A stretch of DNA of 63,041 bases, the filler included, from Choristocarpus tenellus KU-1152 (Eukaryota; Protista; Phaeophyceae): NCBI GenBank assembly GCA_964200185.2. It is 8 parts of 8 records of this genome, joined end to end, with 100 filler letters (N's around TTAATTAATTAA, not from the genome) between each part and the next. Parts side by side here need not be neighbours in the genome. Positions count along the whole stretch, not along the records: positions 26,054 to 32,292 come from CAXNAD020008596.1; positions 32,393 to 55,460 come from CAXNAD020000265.1; 6 more parts are not named here. One strand, written 5' to 3'. The position numbers and the translations under genes were made by a program. The notes below the pieces were generated by a model. The model was not told where the DNA came from, made no database searches, and was given only the letters and a program-made list of their open reading frames with translations. Positions within the stretch are counted from its first letter, which is position 1, and each line of letters begins with the position of its first letter. Shown here one piece after another: positions 26,054 through 39,600 of this stretch.

Positions 26054-27627
26054 CGTCCCATGGGGATGGGGCAGGGGTTGTCTCGGGGTTGGGGGTTGGG
26101 GCCGTTGGGCCACCAGGGCAGACATGAGGAAGCACTTGTACTCCAGAGGGTTGCAGATTACCATGCGCTCTGTGTTGCAGTTTCCTCTTTGATTCATCTT
26201 CAATTCACTACCTTGCTGGGGCCTGTGAAGGTGAAGAGAAGCTGACAGGCCACCAAGGTGTGGATTTCATGCAGAGAAGGTTTCTTTGTATTGAGGAAAA
26301 AGGCTGACAAGTGTGTCATTGGTCTTTTGTGGGGGATCATTTTTGTTTTTTGTGAGTGTACAGTGACGACTGGCAGAGCTATCAGTTTTTGGTGTCTTTA
26401 TTCTCGAGAGAGGTTGAGGAACGGGCTGGTTGGCACACAATAGAAAGTACCTTCGAAAGGTGCAATCGGAAAGGAGGGTGTGGTGTTGTTTGGGGAAAGG
26501 AGGGGAGATTGAAAGGAAGAGGTAGGAAAGCCAGCCGTATGTTGGTCAAAGGGGTGAAGATTGTAGAGGGTCTTTTTTATATGTCATTGGGATGATCATG
26601 GGTTGTGGTAGTGTGTTTTGTGGCTTCAGGGGTAAGTGAGAGAGGTCAGGTGGTGCTGAGATGATGCATGGCGGGGAGGATACTTCATGGGGTTGTGGAA
26701 TGAGGTGTGACGTGCTTCGCTTGTGATGTCTTGTGAATTCGAATGTATTGCATTTCAATGTGTGTGTGTGTGTGTGTACCTTTGCTTTTCTGTGGGCCTT
26801 GATGAAAACCGAGGGTGCTGCATGCATACTGTGCAACAATGCAAGAAGCAGGAGGGTATGTCGGGTCGGGAGAACTTGAGCAAGTTGGAGCTTTAAGGGA
26901 GGTTGGAGCTCTCCAAGAGGCAAATGGGAAGCAAGAAGCAGGCAAGGCACTGCCAGTAAGGGTCAGTGAACTGAGCCAGCGAGAGAGGGATTATGCTTTG
27001 TCTGGCATTGCAGGTCTTGTTTCATTTTTTCTGATTGCAGTACATGTTGTGTTGCTATTTTGGGTGGAGGTCTTAACAGTTGTGCAGCTGAGAGTGTTAT
27101 TGTGTGCATGACGATTGCTGCCTGTACTCTTCTGATTAGGTTTCCACACACGTTTGAGGCTGTTGATAATTATTTGAGATGTTCCAAGTGGTGTCAGCGT
27201 ATTGGTTGGCCTTTGCTGCCTTCATAAGTTTTGTCTGGGGATTGTAGCAAGATCCAAGTTGGTTGAGCCCAAACTGATTTGAGGGGCGCCCAGCATATCC
27301 AAAACCAGTGCAACACACATTTTGGGAACCTGGATAGTTTTGAAAACCTTTCCCAAAGAGAGCTGGAGGTTGTCCTCCTGCAGGTTTTGTTCAGGCTTAC
27401 TCCAAAGTATTGTTTTGGATAGCTTGCCTCCTTGTGTTCTACATCATTGTACCATAATTATCTTATTTATGCAGGCATACTTCAATGGGGTTATGGATCG
27501 TACTCGTAAGTCTTTAATCAGTAACGGTGGAGCAGATTGTGTTGATTTTATTGGGCACTTATTCATGACTCTGCAGATGCTGCAGGACTCCATTGTGTTA
27601 CAGAGGAAGACAGAAATGGCCGCCTGA
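26054..27627 (+). CDS. 3' exons of a hypothetical protein (approx. 26054-26230, 26364-26459, 26814-26955, 27475-27627)
   Basis: Open frames bounded by AG/GT (DDWQSYQFLVSLF..TFER|VLHAYCATMQE..KALP|AYFNGVMDRTRKSL..EMAA*); phase of the first junction unresolved. Confidence 0.45.
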
Positions 27628-29693
27628 CCTACCTTTTTTATATTCAAGATTTGATGTTGGTTATTAGTCACAATGCTGCACAGTATATCTCACTGAGAAG
27701 AAGTCTTAGATGTATAGTCTGATCACTGGTGTGCATAGAATGTACAGTTAGGGCATTAACTGGGTTGATCCAAAATATAGTGATCAACGGGATTAAGAGT
27801 GTGCCCCTATGTTTGTGGAATATCCACTTGACTTAATTGTAAATCATATCAAGAAGCAATTTGCAGAGAATGTGAATATACCCCAAGGTTTGCTCTGTGA
27901 CTACTTTGCAAAGTTGTGTTCCAGATGATAATTGGATGGACCCCTTCAAGCTGTATGAGTGAGAATATTACCCAAAGAGATCAATTGGCAACTGCAATCC
28001 CCCCAGGTTCATCACACAGGGCACTATAGTAAATCTTTGTTGAACTGACTTGTGAGTATGTAAAAAAGCAAATGGCAGTCGGGTGGAGTGGCATTTTCCA
28101 TGCTTTAGGGTATGATGCATGAAGATCAATTTGCCATGGAGAAAACACATGACTATCAACAATTGAGCTGTTCTTTGTTTGACATTGCATGTGACGCAAG
28201 TTAGAATTGCCAAGGGAGTGAACACCAGTCGTCTCAAGGTCTGTTTGGTCCTTGAGGTGTGTAGGTGGTAACAATGCCCCCAATAGCACAGTTCCTTATC
28301 TGAAGTATGGCGAGCATATCACTGAACACGCTGGTGGAAGAACATGTACCAAAACCAGGATGGATAAGGTGGCTATGAACAGCAGAAAATTAACTATTTT
28401 GGACAAAATGGCACAATTGTGAATCCAAGAGGCAAGCTGTCAAAAAGCCTTGATAACTGGAGCAGTGATTAAAAAGGTAGCGTACCCTTTTTCAGAATGG
28501 AAGTTGCCATGTTCCTCTGTAGCAATTATTATGCCACTATCACTAACTGCTGTATTTTGTGATCAGGACACCGGTCAGCCAAGATCATAGAATATGAACA
28601 TATCAAACATTTTTCTAAGTGTGTTGATCCATTTTCAGTTTGAGCATTAACTCTGCATAACACGTGCTATCGTCCTTCTTGAAGGCTCATGTCCATTTTA
28701 ACGCTTAGATATATAGATATATATTGTACTCAAGTCTTTATGACAGAATTGAAAAACTTCACTTGTAGCCTATTTGCCTCAGGACTGTTCCATAAGGCAA
28801 GAACAATCTTTCGCCTTTTAACAATGGTTCTATACTATGATGTATCCCACTGAGATGTGGCAATAGTGTTCAGAAAAGGACTGCTGGTGTAAGGGACCAT
28901 ATACATCAAAAAGTTCCCTCGTTCTACACAAAGGTGTTAACCGAAACACAAAATATCACAATGCCCATCAAAGTAGTGTGGATATATACTAGAAGTAGCA
29001 TCACACAATCAAATACAAAAAAATATCTTGCCTTCCAATTCGAAAAACAATTTCCCCCTTCACACCTACCTAACACAGGTAATAATCAGATCTGTAATCC
29101 TCCAACTACTCCCCTCCCCCATCTCCCCCGCCTGAATAAAGTGTACAAAGTCCTCTGGCTATCCTTTGGACCTCTGACTGTCAAAGAAAAATAAGATTCC
29201 TTGACATGAAGTTGATGTCTACTATACCCACTCTTTACTCACAACCCACAAAGAAAACAAGAAAGTAGTACAAACACATAGCAAACGCAAGGGGTGGATC
29301 CAAAAAGAAGCATCCTCACTAACTTGATGCTAGGGACAAAAACATAAATATTACAAAAAAAAAAGCATTCCACTACCACTGTGTACGACTCCCCCCGTTT
29401 GAACCTTAGGTTCATCTCCAACTCAAACATTGAATCCTCTCTCAAGTTAAGGGGGGGAAAGGGGGGAGGGGGGGAACCATCAAAAATAACACAACACAAT
29501 TTAGAAGGATAGGATACAAACAACAGCTACGTGTAAATCAGAGGAGTCGAACTCTTGTCAGATTGCCTGCCTCAAAATTCGAAACTACAAGTACGTAAAA
29601 TATCTTCACCAATCTGGAGATGAGAGAGCGTTGGATAAACTTGTCTATCTCTCGCCACCACACCAAAAAGGTGCAGCTCAGTGGTGTCAAATG

Positions 29694-30120
29694 TCAGTTC
29701 AAGAAATAGAACGCAAGGCTAGCTCCAAGCACAATGGAAGTGACCCAGAAAGGCACTTTGGCTGTTTTGGGGGGAGGAAGGAGGGGGGGGGGGGGGGGGG
29801 GGAGTAACAATCAGAACTGNNNNNNNNNNGCACAGAAACAGGCAGACGAGGTGGGCGGGGGAGGGGGGGGGGGGGGGGTGGGGGGGGGGGGGGGGGGGGG
29901 GGGGGGGTGGATGGAGTAACAATCAGAACTGTGAAGGCACAGGGCTTGTTAAAGGAAGCGAAAGCTACTACCTGGTACTTGGCATCATGAACTCTTCAAC
30001 TTGTAATAAACATGCAATGGGTGTGTCCAGGATGTGTAACATGTGAGGTTACGGAAAAATAAAATGATAAATGAATTCAACCCGTTTTGTGTTGAAAGCA
30101 AATATAACCAAGAGAAAAAC

Positions 30121-30155
<35 letters not shown>

Positions 30156-32292
30156 TTGTCGTCTAGAACAATGCTTCACCTGATACTCCTGTTTGTTAAT
30201 GATACAAGAAGGGTATGCTTCTTTTTTTTTTTAAAGGAAAAAAAAAGGTACATCTGAAACTGAAACTGCAGCAACACCATAGCAAAAACAAAAAGAAAGT
30301 ATAATAAAGTTTACGTCACCTGCAGAAGGAATTGCTCCCTCTGATTCAAACATACTCCTCCATACAAAACCCCTTTTTCCACACCTCGCCACACACATTC
30401 CAATCCTTTCTCATAAAACATCGTGCACCGTACCTCTCGAGGAAGCAGAGTCAGGAGTGTTACTGACGTCATCTTCTGAAGTTGGCGCAGGCGTTGAAGG
30501 GCTTGGTGATGACACTGAGGTATCACTGCTGGGTGCCGGGGTTTCGGTGTTGGGTGCCAGGGTACTTCCAACAAGTGAAGGGGCTAGGGTGGTGCTAGGA
30601 GACACAGTGCTAGGAGACAAGGTCGGAACTGGGGTAGCAACCATGGTAGGTGCAGGCGTTGGTGAAATTGTGGGGCACTCGTTAATGTTGGTTCCTTCAG
30701 CTGCTGATACCATATCCGAGAAGAACTGAGGGAAGTCATCCCATGGGTTGGGCAGGGTGTCATCCGTTATGTACGCATAGCCCCAATTGTTGCAGTAGAG
30801 GTCCTCCATCAAGGTCACCATTTCAGACTGAACAATTTTAGAGGTCACGAAAAACAAGCAAAAGTTGTGAAAACATCGTGGTTAAGTTGTAGTAACCAAG
30901 TTGTAGTAACCAAGTTGTAGTAACCCATCTCTATTGGTCGTTTTGTGTTGAAGACTCAAGGACGATGCTATGCACAGATCTTGGAGTGTCTCTGCTTGGT
31001 GATTACATGGTATGGTGTGTTGTTGGGCCAGAGAGGTTGAAGGAAGGTTAAGAATAAAGAGTCCACACACTGTGTCTGTCATGGTTGGGAGTCAACGAAT
31101 AGGGAGTTATCCCAAGGAAAGTACCGGTCTGCTCGGGGGATGGTGAGTGGAAAAAAATCGGAACAGAAATTATCAATTTGAAAGGCACCCCCCCCCCACC
31201 CATCTATTTGAACCTTGCACTGCCAGGTGTGCTGAAAGCAGGAATGCATGTTGTCATTTTACAGGGAGTCGAACACAAGCATAGCAGCAGACGCTGTGAC
31301 AAATGAGTGCTTCAACAAGGAGGGTTTAAGCAGGGAGGTCCGTCCAATGGGATGACCATATACAGGCAAGTAGTCAGTTACAAAGGTGATGGCAAGGGTT
31401 GCGTACAAGGGTGTGAATAGTGATGGTGCGAACACCGTGACAGGTCCAACGGATCTCATTTGGTAAAAAAAATAAATCAAGCGTGTTGTCATTTATGAAG
31501 GAATGAGGACATTTACTGTTCCAAGTTTCATCAAGGATTTGTTCATTGCAAGATGGTAGATCCACCAAGAGAGTTTTTACAAGAACCTATCAAAAATTCA
31601 CGCAAGGGTTAAATCACAGGTATTTTAACTAACCAATTTTCCTACACAACGGAAAAAGCATGCAAAGCATATAGCCTTCCCTCTTTGAAAAAACAGAAAA
31701 ACAATGTGTAATTCTTGAGTCTCGAATTAGCTTCTGGGACACTCATCTAAGTAGTTGGCACAGAAACCCAACCCCCTAAGCAAGTAAATGCTACAGCAGG
31801 ATGTGTGAGCAGGTTCACGACACAATGCCTGTCACATTATGCAGAGGACAAATACACCCTCTTCCCCACCAAATTTCCATCCCAAGGGACCACAAGTTTC
31901 ACAGGACCCTTTAATCGTCTACTGGACACGATCTTTGATACCTCCTCCCACCCCTCACACAACAAATGCACCCGTTGCACCAAATTGCATCTAAGAGTTA
32001 GAAAGAAATGTTAACTAAGCAAGATAGGAAGAGAAGAAATCTCAGCGGAACCCTCTCCTCTCCTTCCAAAACAAAGCCACTCACAATATTGTTCTGGTTG
32101 AAGTGCGAGGCATGAATGAGCATGCTGTGCTTATACCGGTCCGTGATGTTTCTTGGCGTGGCAGGGACGTCGATTGTATAATTGGTCGAGAGCGAAGTTG
32201 TTATATCATTATAGCCAGTGCGGTATGCACAGACATCTATGTCTTCAAGCGTGTTCTCGCACCTGTTGCCACCAGGGGCATAACATAGGGGG
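29694..32292 (-). CDS. Spherulin-4 (GH135)-like protein with Pro/Ser/Thr stalk and probable GPI signal; exons 32292-32085, 30827-30434, 29761-29694 (5' truncated)
   Basis: RYKHSMLIHAS..; WGYAYITDDTLPNPWDDFPQFF resembles the spherulin-4 C-terminal motif; mucin-like PTPAPT tract; hydrophobic tail KVPFWVTSIVLGASLAFYFLN*; intron phases 0,1 consistent. Confidence 0.8.
30121..30154. repeat. (TAA)n microsatellite
   Basis: direct observation. Confidence 0.95.
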
Positions 32293-32392
32293 NNNNNNNN
32301 NNNNNNNNNNNNNNNNNNNNNNNNNNNNNNNNNNNNTTAATTAATTAANNNNNNNNNNNNNNNNNNNNNNNNNNNNNNNNNNNNNNNNNNNN
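32293..32392. other. Artificial contig linker
   Basis: N-TTAATTAATTAA-N. Confidence 0.97.
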
Positions 32393-32561
32393 TTTTTCCT
32401 TTGCTTGGGGAAAAGGGAGGGTTGAAATTACCCTCCTTTCTGAAGTTCTTGGGTTATTCTTTCTTCCCCCCCCCCCCCCCCCTCCCCCACAAAATAAGTA
32501 TCACCAGACCCAAAACATTTTGCACATCAATAATTGGTGCCTTGTATTCTCTGTACTTCAG

Positions 32562-35500
32562 ATTGAGGTGGCTGCAGATGTGTACCGGCTTGTGTTATCA
32601 GATCTCACTCTGGCGGACATATATGGTGGAGTTGATTTGTCCTGGCTGCCAATGGTCCAGTCAGCTTCTACAGTGGTGAGTGAGGGTGGAGTCACTTTTT
32701 TTCAATTTTTTTTTCAAAATCTATCATGTCAATTAGATATATATTAGATAATATATTGTTATAACCACAATCTTGGGATACAATATATCTATCCATTCTA
32801 TGAAATCTATGAAGAAGACATCACCATTGCATCCTGGAACATGTTCCATGTGTGAAGTATCTGTGGTAGACGTATGTATGGGGTGGGAGGGATTGATTGC
32901 TCCATTGCTAGGAGTGACAAAATGATAGCTGTTATGTACATAGAGATGGCAGCTTATTGGGCTGCAATAATTGGAGCCACTGATCATATTTGAGGTTTGC
33001 TATAGTGGACTATGTGGAGTCTTGTGGTCTGGTACAGTTAGTTCCCACTGTGACAACCTGAAAGGAAAGGAAACATAATGTACTTACTAGTAAATAATGT
33101 AATGGTAGTGACAAAGTCACACATACTCAGGCAACAGAGATGGAGACTTCACAGAGGGGTGGATAGGCCTCTATAGCTCCAGTCTTGTTGAGCATGGTCA
33201 ATAGGAGGTCTAGCTCAATTATGTTATCAAGTAGGTTTTTTGTAGTTAGTAGTTAGTAGTTAGGTATTGGATAGCAATGTGAAAGAAAGCACATCAGACA
33301 TGATGAAGACATGACAAAAGAAAGTAACCTAATGGTACCACACTATTGCTGTTAGGAGAGACTTGTGGGATGACAAGTCAAGCAGTACATCAAATTACCC
33401 TGAAAAACAAATTTAATTAGTGGGGTGGTCCTACTTGGAGAAAAAAAAATGTGTTGAAGAGTGAGAAGTGCTTTGGAGGTATCACATCTGGGAATGTCGT
33501 TGGGAGCTTTACTAATTGTCAACCACCTGGCATGTCTAGAGACCGTGTTGTGTCCATAGCATACTCCTTGAAGTCCCTTCTTTTTTAAGGACGGCTTCAA
33601 CAAATCATCAGAAATTTATAGGATATCAAAAGAGCATTGATAACTTGATTGTTTGGGGGGGAAATATATTTTTCAACTGTTGGTGATGGTACTCATGTGA
33701 TGCAATTACTCTCCTCTATAGAACATTCTGCTTTGTCACCGTCATGGATTTGTTCAACCTGATTACTTTCTTGTGGTCAGGTGACTATGGTCATACAGGC
33801 AGAGTCCAAAGACGATGAGAGGATCATTGACCTGGAAAAGCACTGCTTGGACTGCTCTGATGTCCATAGTGGTGATGTGAAGGTGCTAGTTGATAACCGA
33901 CGCTTGGCTGTGGTGCTCAACTTGTCAGGGTGTGAGAGGTGAGTGAACTTAATTTTATTTCTTAATTGTATTTGTTAATTCATATTTGTGAATTAATATT
34001 CGGGTTGAGACCACTCCTGCAGACTATTCTCACATATTGGAGTGATAGATACTTGACCACTAAAATGTTTGCATACAGACTAGACCAACCTTTGGAAGCA
34101 TTCTCAACACCACTTGCATGTCATAGAAAATATGTTATGGGCAGTTCTGCATTGTAATAATGGCATGGGGCAAAAAATATTTTTAAAAATAGTTCTTCAA
34201 AAGTACTTCATTCTAGCATGTGTTGCTATTATTGGCATGCCTTCAACACTAAATTTATATGTAGCAATTTTTTATTCTCCTCCCCTCTCCACTCTTCTTT
34301 GTAGGGGCAACACCTCTTTAAAGATTGCAATGAATATCAAAGATCAATCTGTAGATACTTCATGAGCCGATCAATCCCATCATAATGAACGTAATGCATT
34401 TTTCACTGTTGCCCCACACTGGAACACTCAGAGCATTTTTATATACGATGGTATTAAATACTTCGAACCATGATTTCACATTTGATGGCTGTTTTCATCA
34501 TACGATGACCCTATGTGTAATATCAGTACTTGGGACTCTTAACTCTAAGTATAAAAAAATGTTTCTTGTCTACTCCTATGCTCTTTCAAAGCATTGTACT
34601 AGAGTGTACATTGCAAGAGTATGCGATTGGATTTATGTGGTATCATGCACCTTCTACCTTTTGTCACTGACCAGTCAACCATTTGCAGGGTTACGGATGA
34701 GGGAGTGGAGCGTGTGGCTCAAGTTCTGAAGCACCTTCAAGCTCTGAACTTATCTGGGTGCAAAACGATATCGGATTTACCGTTGATTAATGCCCTTAAG
34801 CACAACCTTGGGCTGACTGTTCTCGGCCTGAGCAGGTGTTTGACTATTTCTTCGTGGGCACTTGGCAGCATTGCATCCTTGTGCCCACGGTTGGTGACAG
34901 TAGATCTCAGTCATAACCCAAATGTGACAGATCAAGTTGTGGATCAACTAGCCAAGAAATGTCGTCAACTAGAGAGCTTGTATCTGCAATACTGCGTCTA
35001 CATTACAGACCTTGGAGTACAGAGCCTTGCTGTTGAGGTCAACCATGACAGTCTAACTTCACTGGATCTGAGTGGATGCACATTGATCTCTGATCACAGC
35101 ATGGTTGCATTAGGGCAACTTTGCTGCAAGCTTAGGCGTCTCAACCTCAAGTCTGTGAGCCGTGTTACAGATTTGGGTGCCAGTAGCATCACTCGAAACT
35201 GCTGGGAGCTGGAGTACCTCTGTTTCGAGGACATGTACAATTTGGTGGACAGTGTCTTTGTGTTTGACCTTGTCACAGATGGACGAAGGGCTGTTGATGA
35301 GAACATGCTCAACAAAACAAGAGAGATCAATCTTCATGACTGTCACAAGCTCAGTGATGAAGCAATCAACCACATCATGAAGAGGGCTTCCCAGCTTCAT
35401 ACATTGAACCTTGCTGGGTGCTCTCTCCTCACAGACAAAGCATGTTACTTCATGGTTGAGGACCCAGTTAGTGGTGAAACCAGGGGACAGTTGCTGTCTT

Positions 35501-35976
35501 CTCTGAATCTTAGCTACTGTCTCAATATCAGTGATTCTGGCATGGAGTACCTAGTCAAATCCTTACGTAAACTACATCATGTAAATCTTGCAGGGTGCAT
35601 TCAGTTGACTGATGCAGGCTTGCTCACACTCGTGTCCACTTGTACAGTGATTAAGACGTTGGGGCTAGCCCAATGCAAGCAACTTACAGACAAGGCCATG
35701 TGCCACTTGGCAGATTTCCTTTGGATTGAGGAGTTGGATATTTCGTACTGCAGCAGGTTGTCAGATGATGGCATTGAAGTTCTTGCCATGGAGTTTGTGG
35801 GTTTACTAAGTTTAAGTGTAAAGTGGTGCTCCCATCTTACAGAACGAACCATTGATGTTCTTGTTCGATATTGTCCTCATCTCAGGAAGCTAACCCTTGG
35901 AAGCTTGCCACTTGTTCCTGCACATGCAGTAGAGCATCTTAAGGTAACACACAAGGATATTGTCATCTTGACATGA
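32562..35976 (+). CDS. Cysteine-containing LRR protein (FBXL/AMN1-like), 3' part; exons 32562-32675, 33781-33938, 34689-35976
   Basis: Many L..L.LSGC..ITD.G...L repeats; canonical GTGAGT donors, phases 0,2 consistent; no F-box visible in the part present. Confidence 0.92.
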
Positions 35977-36656
35977 CCTTATTTCCTATGCTAATGCAAA
36001 ATTGAGATGTCTTCCAGCATTTATACTTCCACAAGGCTACACTTTTTGTAGACCTTAAGAATGATTCCTTGAGGCATGACTGTCTCTTCCTTGAGCTGTG
36101 TAGCAAGCATGATCCAGTCTGTTGCACATCAACAAACAGGTCTTAATATCACAAGTACTGGTGGTGTACTGGTTTGATTAGTCTACCATACATGACAAGG
36201 ACACTTGAGACCACTATGCAACTGAAAACCCAGCGAACACTCACTTGTTGGCTAACAGCAAGCAAGAAGTTGACAACCCTTTGCAAGTAAGTAGGGTGGC
36301 AAAGTGGTTTGTAGGGAGATATAGGGCTTTTTCATTGAACAAGATAAGAACTCAAACAGATCTCTGCAGGTAAGGTCACCCTTATGTTCTGTCTTAAACA
36401 ACAATCAAATATCACAGAACATCAATCTTCTAGACAATACTATGAAGTCAGTCCATGCTGGCTTCCACTTTAGTTGACTTCTGAGGATAGTAGCCTGCAT
36501 CACAACCCAAATACTTCAAAGTTGTTGTTTTTGCTTGCCCAGCACAAGTTGAGCACGTCATACCCCACAGTCATGTAACACAAACAATACACTAATACTA
36601 ACGGAATGCACGCTCATAGACACGCTATACATGGGAGCAGGTTTTTTGTTCAAGTA

Positions 36657-39600
36657 CTAGGTCCCTGGAACAGCATAAGAAGCAGCACGAGTGGACCATG
36701 TGGAGAGCATAGTCGGCTTGGCGTCATCTCCATTTGATGCAATTACCTGACAGACTCGGGGTAGGTGTGGCCTTTATGAGGTGTGTTTGTTCCACTGCAA
36801 AGTGACTACATGTGGAATAATAGTGGAAATAGTAATACAAGAATCCTAATTGGACAAGGATCTCCAACCCCTTGAGTATCAGAGCTTGTTGTACCTTAAA
36901 GCAAGATGTACTACTTTTGTGTTCAACATAACTTTTTGGCCCCTTTGCTCATCTTCTCTTTTTCCTTCATCATAATTTTCAATATTGCTCTCTATATCCC
37001 AGACTACTAAGGCTAAGTAGCAAACACTATATGTTATAGACACTGTCAGGGTCGGAGAGATACTACAATAGATGTGTTGGTTGCCAAGCCTGATTGACAT
37101 CCAAGCCAATCCCATTTTTTCTTTTTTTTGTGAGTGAATATATGGGTTATTGTGCACCAAGAGCTTCAGTACATTGATTATGGCTAGTCAACTGTGTGTG
37201 GTGGATTTCTGTCTGCTAGCTTATGTTCCTGTTTGACAGTTTCATGTTGTAAAAGGTGCTACACATACAGGTAATAGAGTACACTGTATGGGTACAATGT
37301 ATACCTACTTCGCAGTGAATTTGTTTTGATTCTAGTTTGACCGCAACAAGGTGTTGTAGGATCTTCGAAGGCATTTTCCTCAGAGTTTTGTTGACCTTGG
37401 TCGACTGTCAAGGCTGCTAACGTGTTGAAATTGCATCTACAGAGAGCTTTGTAAACTCCAGTGCAGATTCACTGAGCCACACAACACAGCCACTGGTTTG
37501 TGTAGCTCAGAGGATACACTCCTGAGATTACAAAAGCAAGGTTCACTTGTTTGTCTTCATTCCCAATATTCCCAGATCAGGGCTGGTATCCTCATCTGCA
37601 TTTTCAAGGCTCAGTCAAGTCAATCAATCCTCTAGACCACTCAACCTTCAGTTGTCACAGAATTGGTGAAGTGGTGCTCCATTGATGGTGTTGAGTGATG
37701 TGATCTGTCCAACAATTCCCCAGTCTAGCAAAGAAAGTCTGGCAATACCACGGTCAATTTCATCTAGGATCGTTCTTTTGTACACTGTACAGCTATGTCA
37801 AGATTATATGTACTTTTGTAACTTTTCTATTTTGATCACATCACTTGACTCAAAATCAAGTCAGTTGTGTGTACTATGAACTATAAACTATACTCTAAAT
37901 GCATTCATATCACATCTATTCCTGGTGAAGAGTGATTCTGTGAAGGGCAATATGTGAATTAGGTGTTAGGGGGTCTATAGTGCAGATGCAGACATCACCT
38001 TGTCTACAGACCGAGACAGAGAATGGTATCGCCTTCCATTGTACTCTGTCCCTGTCCACCAGTCACCCACGGCACTTGGCTCCTCCTTCTTCTCTGGAAC
38101 CTCCTTGGTGAGAGGGGGAGGCTGTCACTCCCCGAAATATTTGATTAATGAGGCACGGTGGATTGATGTTGGTAAAGTAGGACACAGCTTGTCAAAAAAA
38201 ATAGTAAAAAACCAATCAGGGATTGAATAGACACTACTAATATATCTTGACACAGCATGTTTGAAACATGAGTGAGGTGGTCAAATCTATGCTCTAGAAA
38301 ATATTTACATTCTTTAAAGTATTGAGCAGTTCCTCTGAAGGATGTATTGGATTAATTGTATCACCCCTGGATGCCCTAATGAAGCTAGTTAAGTACTGAA
38401 GTAAACTAATGAAGTCAATGAACTATTGAAGTAAACTAATGAAGTTAAATAACTATTGAAGTAAAATAACTATTGAAGTTCAGTAAGAAAGTTTGGAGGC
38501 TGTGAATCTACCTCTACTACTAAATCTTCTTCCACTTTCTTGTAGATATTTCTTGGGCTATATGCTAATATTATCCAGTACATAAAAAGCATAGTGTTAG
38601 TGCTTCAAACTGATTTTTCCTCCTCGTGCTTTGTTGACAGAACAATGTGACCAGTTGGGTTCAACATGGAGGGAGGGTACAATTGAGTCTAATATCCCTC
38701 ACCGGCTGTGTCTCCCACCAATTGTGCATTGTTGACCACCATCTCTGCAGCATTCACAAGAGATTACCATCACTGAATTAGTCAACAAGCAATAAATGAA
38801 GTGGTATTTATACTACTGTATAGGTCGTATTGGTGATAATCTGATACCCAGTTGTGTATCATTCCATGTCATGTCATACATGATCCTTTTGGCCCCAAAG
38901 AGTGTCCAACTTACACACTTGCAATGAGTTTTCATGTACTTGTACTTACTTCATGTGAGGTTTTGAAGGTGGTGGGCAGAGTTGGGGTTGGTATAGTTCA
39001 TGTCATTGGAACAAGGGTGAACAGAAAGATAGAGTACAGCTAATCTCATTGTTGAGTACTTTTCTACCTCCTCCACATTCATGCAAAGTGTATCTGTCCT
39101 AGTAAGTGAAGTCCGCACTATAGCACATAATCCCTCCTTGGCTAGGTACACAGCCCTGTTGGTCCCCTTTTCTCTGGCATTAATTGAATTAGGACTAAGT
39201 CCAAAATAGACAGTATAGCTTCCCACACCATCACCAATCACCACACCTTGTCTTCTCTGGACTTCCGTCTTGGCAATCCTTGCTTGTCCACCTCGATTTT
39301 AGACCTGAACAAGTGTAATTGCTCCTCAATTGCATATTTCAGTGAATCACATGCCCAGTAGCTTGCTTCACTGTAGACCTGGGGGATAGACTCTTGATAT
39401 AAGCTGAAGTGCACCAGTTAAGTATCAGAGTTGTCAAAAGTACATAATTCATATATGTTCAAAAGTGCCACATATTGTATCCCTACGATGCCGATGTTAA
39501 GAATACATGCAGCATATCAGTATCAGTATTGTAACATCTTTCCCAGGAGATCTCAGCATAAGCTTAGGCACTGGAGTTTGGTGTGACATCTAGATCCTAC

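Noticed and set aside
29775-29932. Poly-Gly/poly-Pro ORFs and duplicated GGAGTAACAATCAGAACTG
   Set aside because: Poly-G tract duplicated across a 10-N gap; assembly artefact inside an intron
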